In this document: in pieces, positions 54,560 to 64,000 of the stretch
How the letters are laid out: each line of letters opens with the position of its first letter
Position numbering within the stretch: the first letter of the stretch is position 1
DNA from: a virus
IMG/VR virus record: IMGVR_UViG_3300029551_000174
Location: 62,603-126,602 of that record
DNA: 64,000 bases
Reading direction: 5' to 3' (one strand)
The notes under the pieces: model-generated
What the model saw: only the letters and a program-made list of their open reading frames with translations
Told to the model about the DNA's origin: nothing
The model's database searches: none
Program-made: the position numbers and the translations under genes

Positions 54560-54879
54560 TGAAGAACGTTCCATGTGTATGCGATTTCAGACCACTGCTA
54601 TTCGCAGAACAATTCGAGAGATTAAGCAGGTTGGCACTTGTCTCTGTGTATGCAATTGCACTTAATAAGTTTTGGAAATCTTGCGAAGAGTCTTACAATA
54701 ATCGTGTTGACGACCCTCGTTTGGATAGCCGTCCACCGTATCTTTGGCAATGGATGGATGATTCCGATATTTTGATAGGAAACAAGGTATATAGAAAGCC
54801 TTCTTTTAAGCCTTTTCTACACCTTCGTGATAGTGAAATTAAAAAGATTATAAATCAGTTTAATAGATATAAGATATAA
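54556..54879 (+). CDS. hypothetical protein
   Basis: Start moved to the ATG overlapping the upstream stop. Confidence 0.4.
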   Translation: MMKNVPCVCDFRPLLFAEQFERLSRLALVSVYAIALNKFWKSCEESYNNRVDDPRLDSRPPYLWQWMDDSDILIGNKVYRKPSFKPFLHLRDSEIKKIINQFNRYKI

Positions 54880-54881
54880 GT

Positions 54882-55205
54882 ATGAAAAAGAAAGTATTGC
54901 ATCTGTCCGTCAAGAAGCAGTGGTTTGATATGATTTCTGCTGGCGAAAAGACGGAGGAGTACCGGGAGATAAAACCTTATTGGATTGAACGTCTGACTAC
55001 TAACTGTGAAGTAGCTTATGATGTGGCGGCAGAAACATATTGCTGCGGAATGGTTTACACCCACGTCCTTTTCATCAACGGCTACCGCAAGGATAGTCCA
55101 CGAATTGAGAAGGAAATTGAGAGTATCACCATCGGTAAGCCAAAGAAGGGAATGTGCCCAGACAAGTGGCTTGATACCGAGTTTTTTATCATTAAATTCA
55201 AGTGA
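54882..55205 (+). CDS. ASCH domain protein (second copy)
   Basis: LSVKKQWFDMISAGEKTEEYRE (GxKxxExR). Confidence 0.5.
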   Translation: MKKKVLHLSVKKQWFDMISAGEKTEEYREIKPYWIERLTTNCEVAYDVAAETYCCGMVYTHVLFINGYRKDSPRIEKEIESITIGKPKKGMCPDKWLDTEFFIIKFK

Positions 55206-55206
55206 T

Positions 55207-55377
55207 ATGAATTACATACAATGTGATGAATGTAAATATAGATTAGTCTGTAACGGAGAGTCACTTACTAGTGGAAGTACAGGAAGTTGCGACCATTGTG
55301 TTATCAGCAATACTCCTATATTTCCAAAGATTAAAACACCACCAGATGAAAGATACGCTGACATTTGGAATTGGTAA
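55207..55377 (+). CDS. Small Cys-rich zinc-ribbon-like protein
   Basis: CDECKYRLVCNGE...CDHC. Confidence 0.35.
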   Translation: MNYIQCDECKYRLVCNGESLTSGSTGSCDHCVISNTPIFPKIKTPPDERYADIWNW

Positions 55378-55775
55378 ATATTCATAAATTAAGTTTAAGG
55401 GATATGAAAATAAAGAATTTACCTAAAAAGATTTATCTCAATATCTGTAGCAATGAAGATGAGGTAGATTACAATGAGCTGAACGGAGTAACGTTCAGCA
55501 CAGAAAAGGTTGGTGTTACCGATTGTGATACGGAAAACGTTCCTTACGTGAATGCTGCATCATTATGGCACAACCTAATAGAAGATAAGCCACCATTAAG
55601 AAAGTGGGTAATGTTCCGATATAGTGGAGGTGGCGTAAATCCTACGGCTCTTCATTATGGAGCAATGAGTGACGAAATATGGGTTGTCACAAGAGGAGAC
55701 GGAACACAGCGTATCGAAGCTCTGTATGAATGCTATGATAAGATAGAGTGGCTTGATTTTGATGAACTAAAATAG
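55365..55775 (+). CDS. hypothetical protein
   Basis: ORF. Confidence 0.4.
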   Translation: MELVNIHKLSLRDMKIKNLPKKIYLNICSNEDEVDYNELNGVTFSTEKVGVTDCDTENVPYVNAASLWHNLIEDKPPLRKWVMFRYSGGGVNPTALHYGAMSDEIWVVTRGDGTQRIEALYECYDKIEWLDFDELK

Positions 55776-55784
55776 TAATAGCGT

Positions 55785-56015
55785 ATGACAAACGAGGAAT
55801 TTTGTAAGGCTCATATAGGTGAGCGAGTTCTTTATAAAGGTAAAGATATTGGCGCATACGTTGCAGGGTATGTAGAAGAAAAGTATATCATCTTAGGATT
55901 TAATGATTATACGGGTTGTATTAGTTGTTTCACTTCTAAAATAAAAAATCTTTGTGGAATGTATCACTCATATCGATTCGCAAAATTAAAGTATTTGGAA
56001 GTAGTAAAACATTAG
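55785..56015 (+). CDS. hypothetical protein
   Basis: Junction motif. Confidence 0.4.
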   Translation: MTNEEFCKAHIGERVLYKGKDIGAYVAGYVEEKYIILGFNDYTGCISCFTSKIKNLCGMYHSYRFAKLKYLEVVKH

Positions 56016-56019
56016 TAAT

Positions 56020-56361
56020 ATGGAAAAAGATAACAGTTGTTTTAAGCTTTTATTTATTCTTTTTATATTAGGAATTTTTGCTTATATGGGTATTAACGAT
56101 AGGTCTCATAAAGGTAAAACTTTTTGGTATGAAGTAATAGATAAACGAGAGTCTGTAGGAAGTCACTTCTCAATTATTAACAAGGGAGTGAGGACGGATT
56201 ATAATATAATATTCAAACGAATTGATAACGGAAAGCTGTTCCCATGTAAAGATGTGGAGTATGGAGATTATATTCAATATCTGTTACACCACAAATACTC
56301 CATAACAGAGGAAGATATGCAAGAGCTTTCAGGTATTTATAATAGAGATTTCTATAAGTGA
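56020..56361 (+). CDS. Small membrane protein
   Basis: TM helix FKLLFILFILGIFAYMGI. Confidence 0.4.
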   Translation: MEKDNSCFKLLFILFILGIFAYMGINDRSHKGKTFWYEVIDKRESVGSHFSIINKGVRTDYNIIFKRIDNGKLFPCKDVEYGDYIQYLLHHKYSITEEDMQELSGIYNRDFYK

Positions 56362-56747
56362 TAAAAATAGAGAATATGGAAAAATATAAATATACAAATA
56401 AAGAGGAAAGACCCATTCCAAAATATAAGAATGGTGATATTGCTTGGTATATAGATAGTTGGTTTGAACATCCGCAACGCTGTATTATAAAGGGATGCTG
56501 CAACGTATCTTGGTTCGAGGGAAATGAGCTTAACCCTTCTGGATGGTGGATAGATTATAAATACAAACCCGACTATTGTGAACGAACTAAACAGCATACA
56601 ATTAGAGAAGAAGAGCTTTTTGATACCGAGCAAGAAGCTTTAATTGCATTGTTCGAGAAGTTTAAAGAAAAAGTAAAACGTAAAGTAGATTTCTTTAGCA
56701 AAGAGGCAAAAAGGTTAGGCATAAAACAGCAGTTGTTATTACAATAA
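56358..56747 (+). CDS. hypothetical protein
   Basis: ORF. Confidence 0.4.
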   Translation: MIKIENMEKYKYTNKEERPIPKYKNGDIAWYIDSWFEHPQRCIIKGCCNVSWFEGNELNPSGWWIDYKYKPDYCERTKQHTIREEELFDTEQEALIALFEKFKEKVKRKVDFFSKEAKRLGIKQQLLLQ

Positions 56748-56979
56748 TAAAAAAGGGTAGGGCGAAAGCTCTACCCCTTTCGCAAAAAAATAGCCCCTCC
56801 ATCGACCAGTCTTGGTATGACAAGGCAATGCGTTGGGTTGACCCTGACTGGTGGGAGAAACACCCTGATGGCGGAAAGGATTCCTTGAACTTTGAAGAAG
56901 CTCTGAAGGCTATCATGAAAGCTACTGGTGCAAAAATGAATAAAAAGGAAGAGGAGAACAAAAACAAAGAGGGGGAAGA

Positions 56980-57417
56980 CTAAGCTTCCCCTATCTCCTT
57001 TAACCCCAAATCCATTAATAGCTTATCCAATATCTCATTCACGTCATTACGGAAACTTCGGTAAGTAACATAATAGAAACTGATGTTTTTGTAATCATGG
57101 CTTACATTAGAACATGTACACCCCAAAACCTTAGCGATTTTTTCTCTTAACCCTCTTCTCATCTTAGAACCGCCAAGGGCACTAGGAGAATAAAGATAAA
57201 GAATAACAAAGATAAATTGCTTGCGTACCATTGTGGAATTTCGTCCGGCATGATAGCTCATAAATTTATCGTAAATATTGCCTACTTGCGCCAAATCTTG
57301 CATCAATGGAACGGAAAGGCTTATTTCTTCCTTGGATAAGATGGCCTTAGTTTCTCTAATCCATTTTATGCGTTCCATGATTTTCTTTAGATTCATTTCA
57401 ATGTCTGATTCTTTCAT
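56980..57417 (-). CDS. hypothetical protein
   Basis: Start of the leftward gene block. Confidence 0.45.
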   Translation of the reverse strand: MKESDIEMNLKKIMERIKWIRETKAILSKEEISLSVPLMQDLAQVGNIYDKFMSYHAGRNSTMVRKQFIFVILYLYSPSALGGSKMRRGLREKIAKVLGCTCSNVSHDYKNISFYYVTYRSFRNDVNEILDKLLMDLGLKEIGEA

Positions 57418-57573
57418 TCTTTTCTGTTTTTAGTTCAACATTTCTTAGACGAAGTAAACCTCGTCTGCATCTATTTGTTTCCTAAACTTTTCTATGTTAG
57501 AAACTATCAACGAGCAGTGCTCAAACGAACTCTGCCCATTGATAACTTTTTTCTATTCTTGTTATTCGGTATC

Positions 57574-58116
57574 TCATTTTATTTCGATAAGAGTTAAAAT
57601 GCAATAACCCAACAAGTCTTTATAGCTGTCAAGAATAGGTTCTTCTTTAGCATCCTCGTTCAAAGTAAGCAAAGAGCAAATACGATTAATCTTCTCTTGC
57701 AAATGACCGAATGCATACGGATAACCATCCTTAGAGAAACATTCCGAGAAAGCGTTTCCATACCGCTTATTCTTGGTTTTGAAAAGCTCGATTTGCGACC
57801 CGATGATGTCGTTATAATCAGAAACAATATACCAAGAGAGCGTAAGCAAGGCTTCCATCGCCATTACGCTGATATGATTTCGTAAGGTTTCTTTGTCTTC
57901 AGAAGATGCTCGAATCTCATACATAAGACGAAGGAAATTGGCTGCGCTTGAAAATAATCCGAGCTTTCCGAAGTCCTCCCTTAGAGACGAAACGAAAGTG
58001 GCATTATCCTTGCATTCAATCATGTCTGCCAAATGTCTAATCTCAAAGATATACTTGTTAGCATATTCGCTACACCCATTGTTATTTTGTTCCACCATGT
58101 CCGTATCCTCCTCCAC
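57574..58116 (-). CDS. hypothetical protein
   Basis: ORF. Confidence 0.45.
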   Translation of the reverse strand: MEEDTDMVEQNNNGCSEYANKYIFEIRHLADMIECKDNATFVSSLREDFGKLGLFSSAANFLRLMYEIRASSEDKETLRNHISVMAMEALLTLSWYIVSDYNDIIGSQIELFKTKNKRYGNAFSECFSKDGYPYAFGHLQEKINRICSLLTLNEDAKEEPILDSYKDLLGYCILTLIEIK

Positions 58117-58669
58117 GATTATTTTCCATATTCAACTCTCCAAGTATGCTTTCTGGATTTTCTACCTTGCGGAATGCGCCCTGACAAATACGAGTACCTT
58201 TCTTGACTACGAAAACATAATATTCGTAATCAGAATCAAGTTTAAATTTGCTATCTTTCGTTGGCATATAACGCTCAGAATTAACCCTATAAAGCGCACC
58301 AATATCGTCTCTGTAATCTTCATCAACTAAGCCAAGACAAATATCAATATCGGCTCTTACTTTAGTCATGTAACCAACTTGTGTTTCGTTCTTGCCAATA
58401 AACGCCACATCAACTTCCAGGCCTTTGTCAGTAAAGCCTGAACGTGAACGAATGTCCAAGCCAACTCCTTTAGGAAGTTCCACGCCTAAATGCAGATTTA
58501 TGTGACCTCTTCCCATTTTCACCCAAGGCATATTCAATACCACATCTTGTGGACAGTAAAAATCAACTGCCGCAGCATTACCTTCCTTATAAGGAACACG
58601 ACCACCTCGCAAGTCAAGTACATAAGCCTTGCCTTGTGCTACTAACTTCTTCATTAACTCCTTATCCAT
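58082..58669 (-). CDS. dut: dUTP diphosphatase (dUTPase / dCTP deaminase superfamily)
   Basis: Motifs IRSRSGF, GLVDEDYRDD and the C-terminal Gly-rich RGGGYGHGG. Confidence 0.75.
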   Translation of the reverse strand: MDKELMKKLVAQGKAYVLDLRGGRVPYKEGNAAAVDFYCPQDVVLNMPWVKMGRGHINLHLGVELPKGVGLDIRSRSGFTDKGLEVDVAFIGKNETQVGYMTKVRADIDICLGLVDEDYRDDIGALYRVNSERYMPTKDSKFKLDSDYEYYVFVVKKGTRICQGAFRKVENPESILGELNMENNRGGGYGHGGTK

Positions 58670-58809
58670 TGTATATAAAGCCTAAATCATTTAAAGTTCT
58701 ACAATTCTTAACCAGTCCTTTTGCCCATAAATTACGCAACTCAGGTAACGGGTCTTTTCCGTACCTATTCTTTATGGTTGCTAAGGTCAAGATTTCCGGT
58801 TTAATATGT

Positions 58810-59283
58810 TTATCTCTTTTCTGCTTTATTAGCTCCTTCAGAATATTCTCCAAGTTCTCCATTGACGAAATCCTCCATTGTTATATTGTCAACCCCAAAT
58901 TTATCAGCCAAATCATCATTCCCAATAATCAGCCAATTAGATTTGTCTTTGAGAAACTCTATACTCTCGGTGCTTTTTGCAGCATCAACAAAAGTATCAT
59001 CAATATTATCAGTAGAGCGATATGGAACTACCGCCTTATCAGCATACATAGCAATTTCGTAAGTAATAACCGATACCATTTTTGCGAATGTTATATCGCT
59101 TGAATACATTACTTGGTTCTTGTCATATCCTAAGATGTTGACACGGACTATATTATCATCTGCTTGCAACGCTCTAAAGAAATCGTGCTTTAGCTGAAAA
59201 TCCGTAATATCTATCGGATGTTCATTACCCGATGGAATACTTATAATATTCAACAGGCTTACAAAAATAACTTTTTTATTCAT
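58810..59283 (-). CDS. hypothetical protein
   Basis: ORF. Confidence 0.4.
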   Translation of the reverse strand: MNKKVIFVSLLNIISIPSGNEHPIDITDFQLKHDFFRALQADDNIVRVNILGYDKNQVMYSSDITFAKMVSVITYEIAMYADKAVVPYRSTDNIDDTFVDAAKSTESIEFLKDKSNWLIIGNDDLADKFGVDNITMEDFVNGELGEYSEGANKAEKR

Positions 59284-59536
59284 TGTCTTCTTCTGTCAAT
59301 AATTTGTCTATTGTTTTTTCTAATTCGTTCAATCTCAAAGTATAATCCTCTTCGTAAACGCATGTCAATGTAGAAATAAAAAACTTATCATTATCTGTTC
59401 TCAATTCAATCTCCATGTATTCCTCGTAATAGCTATCGTATTTAATCGCTATCGAAAAGGAGTTCATGTAATCTGGGTTAAACCTTCTCTGTAAGGCTTG
59501 TGCCCTCGTAAAGGCATTTTTAAATTCATCCGTCAT
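59276..59536 (-). CDS. hypothetical protein
   Basis: ORF. Confidence 0.4.
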   Translation of the reverse strand: MTDEFKNAFTRAQALQRRFNPDYMNSFSIAIKYDSYYEEYMEIELRTDNDKFFISTLTCVYEEDYTLRLNELEKTIDKLLTEEDNE

Positions 59537-59919
59537 GGCTTAATATTTTGAGTAAGCATTTCCTTGTTCTTTGCCATCGCATCATGAAAGCCTATATCGT
59601 ATCTGTCTGTTTGCTCCAGCTCATAGTTTCGCTTAATTAGTTCACTTGTCTGATACGAACTCTTTGCAAGTTTAATCTTAAAATAGACAAACTCAACAAA
59701 CATAACCATAAAGCAAAGAACAAAACCGATAATCACCGCTACCTTTGTGTTCTCTTTACAGAACTTTACAATACACTTAGCAACCCAGCATGTTGTACTA
59801 ACTATGCCTACAAGTACAAGGTAAGGAATTCGTAGCAGAACCTTACATAACATACCCATAGTTCTCTTCGTATAAGATGCGAAATCCGTACTCGTAAAAA
59901 CTAACTTTAACTTCTTCAT
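59533..59919 (-). CDS. Membrane protein
   Basis: Two TM helices. Confidence 0.4.
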   Translation of the reverse strand: MKKLKLVFTSTDFASYTKRTMGMLCKVLLRIPYLVLVGIVSTTCWVAKCIVKFCKENTKVAVIIGFVLCFMVMFVEFVYFKIKLAKSSYQTSELIKRNYELEQTDRYDIGFHDAMAKNKEMLTQNIKP

Positions 59920-59927
59920 ATTTTAGC

Positions 59928-60407
59928 CTATTTAATGTTTATCAAAAGTCTCTTATTTACGAACCACAACAAATCAATTCCGTTCATCATACAATATCCG
60001 CAAAGCATGCCAATCAATATTATGATCTTCTTGAATACTCGGTAATGCGTCATTTCTATCTTCAGCATAGACATCATCAAGTCTTCAAAGGAACGGTCTC
60101 TCATTGAGTCTGGGTCTAGCCTCAACGATTTGACATTCATCTTGTACTTATTGGCCATAGAGAATAATGTAATAGCAAATTCCGCTAATTTGTCCTCTAG
60201 TGTTCCGGTAACGAGTTTAGAATACACTTCTATCGTACCACGTCCATTAACATTTTCATATTCCCAACGCTTGGCATTGAAACGACCTTCATATTTGCGC
60301 ATTTCTACAATAGCGTCAATTACGTTGAATGTTTCAGCCCTTTGGGTTTGGCTAGCAACATCGAAGTTGCAAGCCTCTATAATCTGTTCTATTTCTGCTA
60401 TCTCCAT
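59928..60407 (-). CDS. hypothetical protein
   Basis: ORF. Confidence 0.45.
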   Translation of the reverse strand: MEIAEIEQIIEACNFDVASQTQRAETFNVIDAIVEMRKYEGRFNAKRWEYENVNGRGTIEVYSKLVTGTLEDKLAEFAITLFSMANKYKMNVKSLRLDPDSMRDRSFEDLMMSMLKIEMTHYRVFKKIIILIGMLCGYCMMNGIDLLWFVNKRLLINIK

Positions 60408-60411
60408 TTTT

Positions 60412-60705
60412 TTATACTATTGAATCTAAATCAAAATCATTAGAGGGGATGAAAGCCACATGGTCTTTCTCCCTAGTCATCGTTCTCTCTCCTGTTCGCA
60501 CGCAATTGATTGGCTTGGAATTTTTGTGTCGTACCACAAACGTTCCAAAGCTACGTATTGTTACTCTATCTCTATTACGTAACGACTGCTTGGTGAGGTC
60601 TATAAAAAAATTCACAATGGCTTGAACATCATCCTTACGGAACTTCTTGCCATTTACATCTCTAAGGTTCTTAATGATTGCCTTGACAATTTCTTCTTTC
60701 TTCAT
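60412..60705 (-). CDS. HU/IHF family DNA-binding protein
   Basis: RVTIRSFGTFVV...P..TGE pattern of HU beta-arm proteins. Confidence 0.65.
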   Translation of the reverse strand: MKKEEIVKAIIKNLRDVNGKKFRKDDVQAIVNFFIDLTKQSLRNRDRVTIRSFGTFVVRHKNSKPINCVRTGERTMTREKDHVAFIPSNDFDLDSIV

Positions 60706-61549
60706 ATTCTCTAAGTTTTTTATTCCCTAAACTTCTAATCAAGTCGTATGGGTCTATATCATATTTCTTGATAAAGCAATCCCTCAGCTTGCTTAAAACA
60801 TTGAAATCTGCATTTGTTGTATTCTTGACTATCATATAAGCCGAGTCTAACCGAGCATCTGTTTTAGGGGCTTTAACCCGAAAAAGCTTGTTGCCTTTCT
60901 CGTCTTCAATAAGTTCCAGATTAACTTCCTCGCCTTTAGCTTTTTTTCTTGCTGACCATTCTTCATAAGTGATGGCATTTTGCTTGATAGTCTCATCCTC
61001 TTTAGCCTCCTTTTCTCTCTGTATATTTGCCTCTACAGATTTTATGGCATCTATGCGATGGGAGCAAAAAGTATTCAAGCTCTTTGTTATAACTTGCGGA
61101 TTTGGCTTCTTGTAGAACTTTTCAAACTTTCCGGCAATAAACATCTTGAAGAAAGTAATCAGTTCATTCAGATTAAGGAAATAATACTCATCCTTTATAG
61201 CATTCGCAGTCATTATCTTGATATTGTCAGTAGCCTCATTATTTACAAAGCCACAAATACCATAGACATCAGAAACCCATGCTACAAGCCATGTTATTGC
61301 ACTTCCCTCTCCATAGCACAGGTCAAGATAGGTTAGTGTTGGTGCGCTGCTTTTAAAAGCTTTTCCGATAGGCATCTTACTACCTACTTGGCTTGATGGA
61401 GAGAAAGACATTAGAATGTTATCGAACGTTCCATACTCATTGAATATTCGTTGCTTTTCTCTGTTGATTGAGACGCTGCACGAGGTTGGCTGACTCTTGA
61501 TAATAGCCTTGCTCTGCATCTTTATTAGTTCCTTGCTTTCTGTCATCAT
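60671..61549 (-). CDS. hypothetical protein (replication module)
   Basis: ORF; overlaps the upstream gene. Confidence 0.45.
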   Translation of the reverse strand: MMTESKELIKMQSKAIIKSQPTSCSVSINREKQRIFNEYGTFDNILMSFSPSSQVGSKMPIGKAFKSSAPTLTYLDLCYGEGSAITWLVAWVSDVYGICGFVNNEATDNIKIMTANAIKDEYYFLNLNELITFFKMFIAGKFEKFYKKPNPQVITKSLNTFCSHRIDAIKSVEANIQREKEAKEDETIKQNAITYEEWSARKKAKGEEVNLELIEDEKGNKLFRVKAPKTDARLDSAYMIVKNTTNADFNVLSKLRDCFIKKYDIDPYDLIRSLGNKKLREYEERRNCQGNH

Positions 61550-62132
61550 AATTTCCTTCCAATACTTTAACGAAATTGTTTGGTCTCATAATCCAATCAA
61601 AACTTGCCATCCACCCATTGCTACCATTAAGAAATGCAGATGCGGCTGCTTTATCTATCACAAGTTTCATCTGCTCACTCCCATATTCTTTAAGCCGTGA
61701 ATTAATCATTGACTTTCTCTTCGAAGTCAGGGCATGAACAAGAGGCATTCCTCTTCCAACGATAACCTTATTGAAATATTCGCAAACCTTCTTTGCTTTA
61801 TCATCCACTTGTTGTACACTAGGGACGTTGTTCAATGCTATTCGTTCAGGTTCATTCTTGTGTGGTTTAGATTCTTCACCTTCAGCAAATTCTATGTTGT
61901 CTTCATGCTTCCAAATAAAGACTTTTCCGCTACCGATAGATAACATTTGTTTCTCAAATAGCCCCACAATAGCTTTTTTCACCTTTGCCACCGACATGCC
62001 TATCTTTTCCGATAATTCTTTGTTGCTTCCATATACATATCCGTCTTTGTCAGCATTAAATGAAAGACGGACGAAAGCGACTAATTCATCAGCATCCAAG
62101 CTACATGCTTTTTCATCTAATTTTACTACCAT
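61437..62132 (-). CDS. Putative replication initiation / replisome organizer-like protein
   Basis: Position adjacent to the helicase; N-terminal HTH-like region. Weak call. Confidence 0.35.
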   Translation of the reverse strand: MVVKLDEKACSLDADELVAFVRLSFNADKDGYVYGSNKELSEKIGMSVAKVKKAIVGLFEKQMLSIGSGKVFIWKHEDNIEFAEGEESKPHKNEPERIALNNVPSVQQVDDKAKKVCEYFNKVIVGRGMPLVHALTSKRKSMINSRLKEYGSEQMKLVIDKAAASAFLNGSNGWMASFDWIMRPNNFVKVLEGNYDDRKQGTNKDAEQGYYQESANLVQRLNQQRKATNIQ

Positions 62133-62135
62133 ATC

Positions 62136-63308
62136 TTAAAAGAATGTATTTGTTAATTGTTTATTTCCACTCATTATTACCCACTTTCCTTTGCCGTTTT
62201 GATCTAGCAATTTCAAGTCTTCAACCTTCCCGAACCTCTCATAAGTACCGCAGAGGTCAACAAACCAAGGCTGTTTCCCTTTTGATAGTCTAAGAAGTCT
62301 TCCTACAACTTGATAGTATTGCGCTAATGAGCGTGTTGGCTTTGCATACACGACCGTATCTAACTCCGGATAGTCAAAACCTACGACTAATATTTGACTA
62401 TTTACCAATACTTTAGTCTGACCATTACGGAAACGCTCGATGATTGCTTCACGTTCTTTTGGAGGAGTCTCTCCGCAAACCATTTCACAGTTAGGTATGG
62501 AATATGTCAGCTTCTGAGCTTCCTTAACGAACTTCGTAAAAACCAAGATACCTTTACGCTGTCCACCTCGTTTAGGATTAAGCAATCTTTTAACAACACT
62601 AACTAGCCATCCGTACAAATCTACACGTTCATATTCTTGCTTGACACTTTGGTCAGTGTAATCACGGCAAGTTGAATTGAGCTGCAAGTTTCCTTCGTTC
62701 CATTGTGGTGGCGGGCATTTGTAATAGTTCGGAAGACAGATATATCCGTTTTTTGCCATATCCTCAACTTGAACATAGTAAATAAGCTCCTTGAAAATCT
62801 TGTCTCTACTTCTTGTCAGAAACTTCAGTATGCTACCATAGTTCTGATAGGAATACAAACGGAAAGGTGTTGCGGTTAAACCTATGACCTTACTCTTTAA
62901 TTTATCAAGAAACTCCTTATACATGCCGGATTCAGGTTTTACTAAATGAACCTCATCAATTAATATGTATTTAAAGTCTGTAAACAATTCGGGATGTCCT
63001 TTCACGCTACCAATTGTAGCAAAAGTAACATCGCTGATTTCTTTTGATTTAAAGCTAGCGGAATAGATGCTGGCATTATCAAATCCATAAGAACAATACT
63101 TCTTGTAGTTTTGTTCCAAAATCTCCTTAGTAGGAGAGAACACAAGCACTTTATCCTTGAGCCTAGCAGCTATATCTGCTAAAATCAATGATTTGCCCGA
63201 TGCAGTAGGAAGCACTTCCAGAGCGTTCCAGTTTTTCTTCTTATCCAAGAAAAACTCAACAGCCTTCTTGCTTGCCTCTTCTTGATATGGTCTTAATTTA
63301 AACTTCAT
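62136..63308 (-). CDS. Superfamily-2 DNA helicase (DEAD/DEAH-box type)
   Basis: Motif I PTASGKS, motif II ILIDEVH, motif III GLTATPFR. Confidence 0.8.
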   Translation of the reverse strand: MKFKLRPYQEEASKKAVEFFLDKKKNWNALEVLPTASGKSLILADIAARLKDKVLVFSPTKEILEQNYKKYCSYGFDNASIYSASFKSKEISDVTFATIGSVKGHPELFTDFKYILIDEVHLVKPESGMYKEFLDKLKSKVIGLTATPFRLYSYQNYGSILKFLTRSRDKIFKELIYYVQVEDMAKNGYICLPNYYKCPPPQWNEGNLQLNSTCRDYTDQSVKQEYERVDLYGWLVSVVKRLLNPKRGGQRKGILVFTKFVKEAQKLTYSIPNCEMVCGETPPKEREAIIERFRNGQTKVLVNSQILVVGFDYPELDTVVYAKPTRSLAQYYQVVGRLLRLSKGKQPWFVDLCGTYERFGKVEDLKLLDQNGKGKWVIMSGNKQLTNTFF

Positions 63309-63393
63309 TTCACAAATAATATGAAATCACTTTTGTTACTATATAGGAATGCACAAGTCTTATGCATAACAAAAGCCCTTAGAGAAGACCTTA

Positions 63394-63416
63394 CAGTTTT
63401 TATGGTGTGTCTCACC
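63394..63416 (-). promoter_or_regulatory. Conserved leader hairpin element on the minus strand (ggtg-agaca-cacc + ataaaaactg)
   Basis: Reverse complement of cagtttttatggtgtgtctcacc. Confidence 0.55.
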
Positions 63417-63417
63417 G

Positions 63418-63470
63418 AATACGATTGCAAAGATACAAAGAATAATTTAATAATGCAAGCGTTTTAATGC
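63418..63470 (-). promoter_or_regulatory. Bacteroidetes promoter (minus strand) for the helicase/replication operon; copy of the promoter cassette
   Basis: Reverse complement reads aaacgcttgca...attctttgtatctttgcaatcg. Confidence 0.55.
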
Positions 63471-63501
63471 TTATTATTTATTATATAACATACTTTAAAC
63501 T

Positions 63502-63936
63502 TTATTCATTATCTTTTTCTTCATTCATTTTCAGAATAAGAGCCGCATAGTATTTGTAGAGTTCTTGTAATTCAAACACAGACCAGTTCTTTGCTTGATG
63601 TTTCATTACCTCCAATAAATCAACTTGCTGCTCACCAAGTCGTTTTACTTCATCCATATCCAAAGGAATGTGAGGATGCTTTTGCAGATAAGCCAATCTT
63701 CCTAGCTTCATTACTAAATTCTTTCTATAACCGATAAGATGGTCAGAAGAGAATCTGTTGCATCGTTTGCATTCCGCATTCTGATTACGTGTATCAAAGC
63801 GCAAGCTCATATGAGTTCGTCCGCAATAATGCCCATTGTCGGCTTGGTCGATTGGTAATATTCGTCCACAACTGATACATCTGAAGTACTTATAGTGAAA
63901 CTCTCTAGAGTCTCTCATGCGGATATAAACCGACAT
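63502..63936 (-). CDS. NinG/Rap-like recombination-associated protein (Cys-rich)
   Basis: CISCGRIL...HYCGR...CKRCNR pattern and size typical of lambda NinG. Confidence 0.45.
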   Translation of the reverse strand: MSVYIRMRDSREFHYKYFRCISCGRILPIDQADNGHYCGRTHMSLRFDTRNQNAECKRCNRFSSDHLIGYRKNLVMKLGRLAYLQKHPHIPLDMDEVKRLGEQQVDLLEVMKHQAKNWSVFELQELYKYYAALILKMNEEKDNE

Positions 63937-64000
63937 AAGCCTATCTAGCTTGTCAACCCACTTTTGCTTCTCGCTCCTTTGGTGTTTAGGCTTCTTTCCT

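Noticed and set aside
56980-64000. Integrase or excisionase in the leftward block
   Set aside because: No tyrosine or serine recombinase motifs, and no ORF of suitable size. The block encodes dUTPase, HU, helicase and NinG-like replication/recombination functions.

Overview
This window reads as part of a temperate or virulent dsDNA phage (or large prophage) of a Bacteroidales host, not host chromosome. The host assignment rests on the many Bacteroidetes-type sigma-A promoters (TTTG at -33, TAnnTTTG at -7, typically 'tATCTTTGca') and on lipoprotein signal peptides. The region is AT-rich, with more than 100 tightly packed ORFs.

Gene content:
- Regulatory modules: a duplicated immunity-like unit (leftward XRE-HTH regulator plus rightward small genes plus a Bro-N/KilA-C antirepressor) at about 1.3-4.0 kb and again at 18.0-21.2 kb. 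Two further antirepressor-type genes lie at 668 and 16936.
- A hicA/hicB toxin-antitoxin pair (7698-8351).
- A 2177-aa tape-measure-like protein (8532-15065), followed by a 1.1 kb non-coding region containing hairpins and two tandem 45-bp repeats.
- Nucleotide metabolism: ThyX (21342-22238), RNase HI (22245-22715) and a dUTPase (58082-58669, minus strand).
- A promoter-driven array of five tRNAs (28326-28762): Glu-UUC, Gln-UUG, Tyr-GUA, a Thr-like tRNA with an apparent 8-nt anticodon loop, and a Lys-UUU-like tRNA. An RtcB RNA ligase sits at 53118-54323.
- Head module: a GCS2/amidoligase-type carboxylate-amine ligase and a Cys1 Ntn-hydrolase (class-II glutamine amidotransferase-like) sit immediately upstream of the scaffold-like, decoration-like and major capsid genes, then the head-tail and major tail genes (29507-36591).
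- DNA modification: a block of four DNA methyltransferases (one C5, three N6/N4-type, one with an atypical DVAY motif), interrupted by an HNH-AP2 homing endonuclease, plus an HNH nuclease, a HExxH mini-peptidase and two ASCH-domain proteins.
- About 40 small rightward early-type ORFs (44.5-56.7 kb), then a leftward replication module (56.9-64.0 kb) with HU, an SF2 helicase and a NinG-like protein.

Non-coding signals:
- A conserved 5'-leader and inter-genic hairpin with compensatory stem changes, 'NGTG-AG(A/G/T)CA-CACN + TAAAAACTG', in at least 12 copies.
- A roughly 120-bp promoter-leader cassette in at least 3 copies.
- A recurrent gene-junction motif, 'TA(A/G)(A)GCGTATG'.
- Hairpin plus AT-rich start junctions.
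- SD-like GGAGG motifs, unusual for Bacteroidetes.

No terminase, portal, integrase or CRISPR array is visible in the window.
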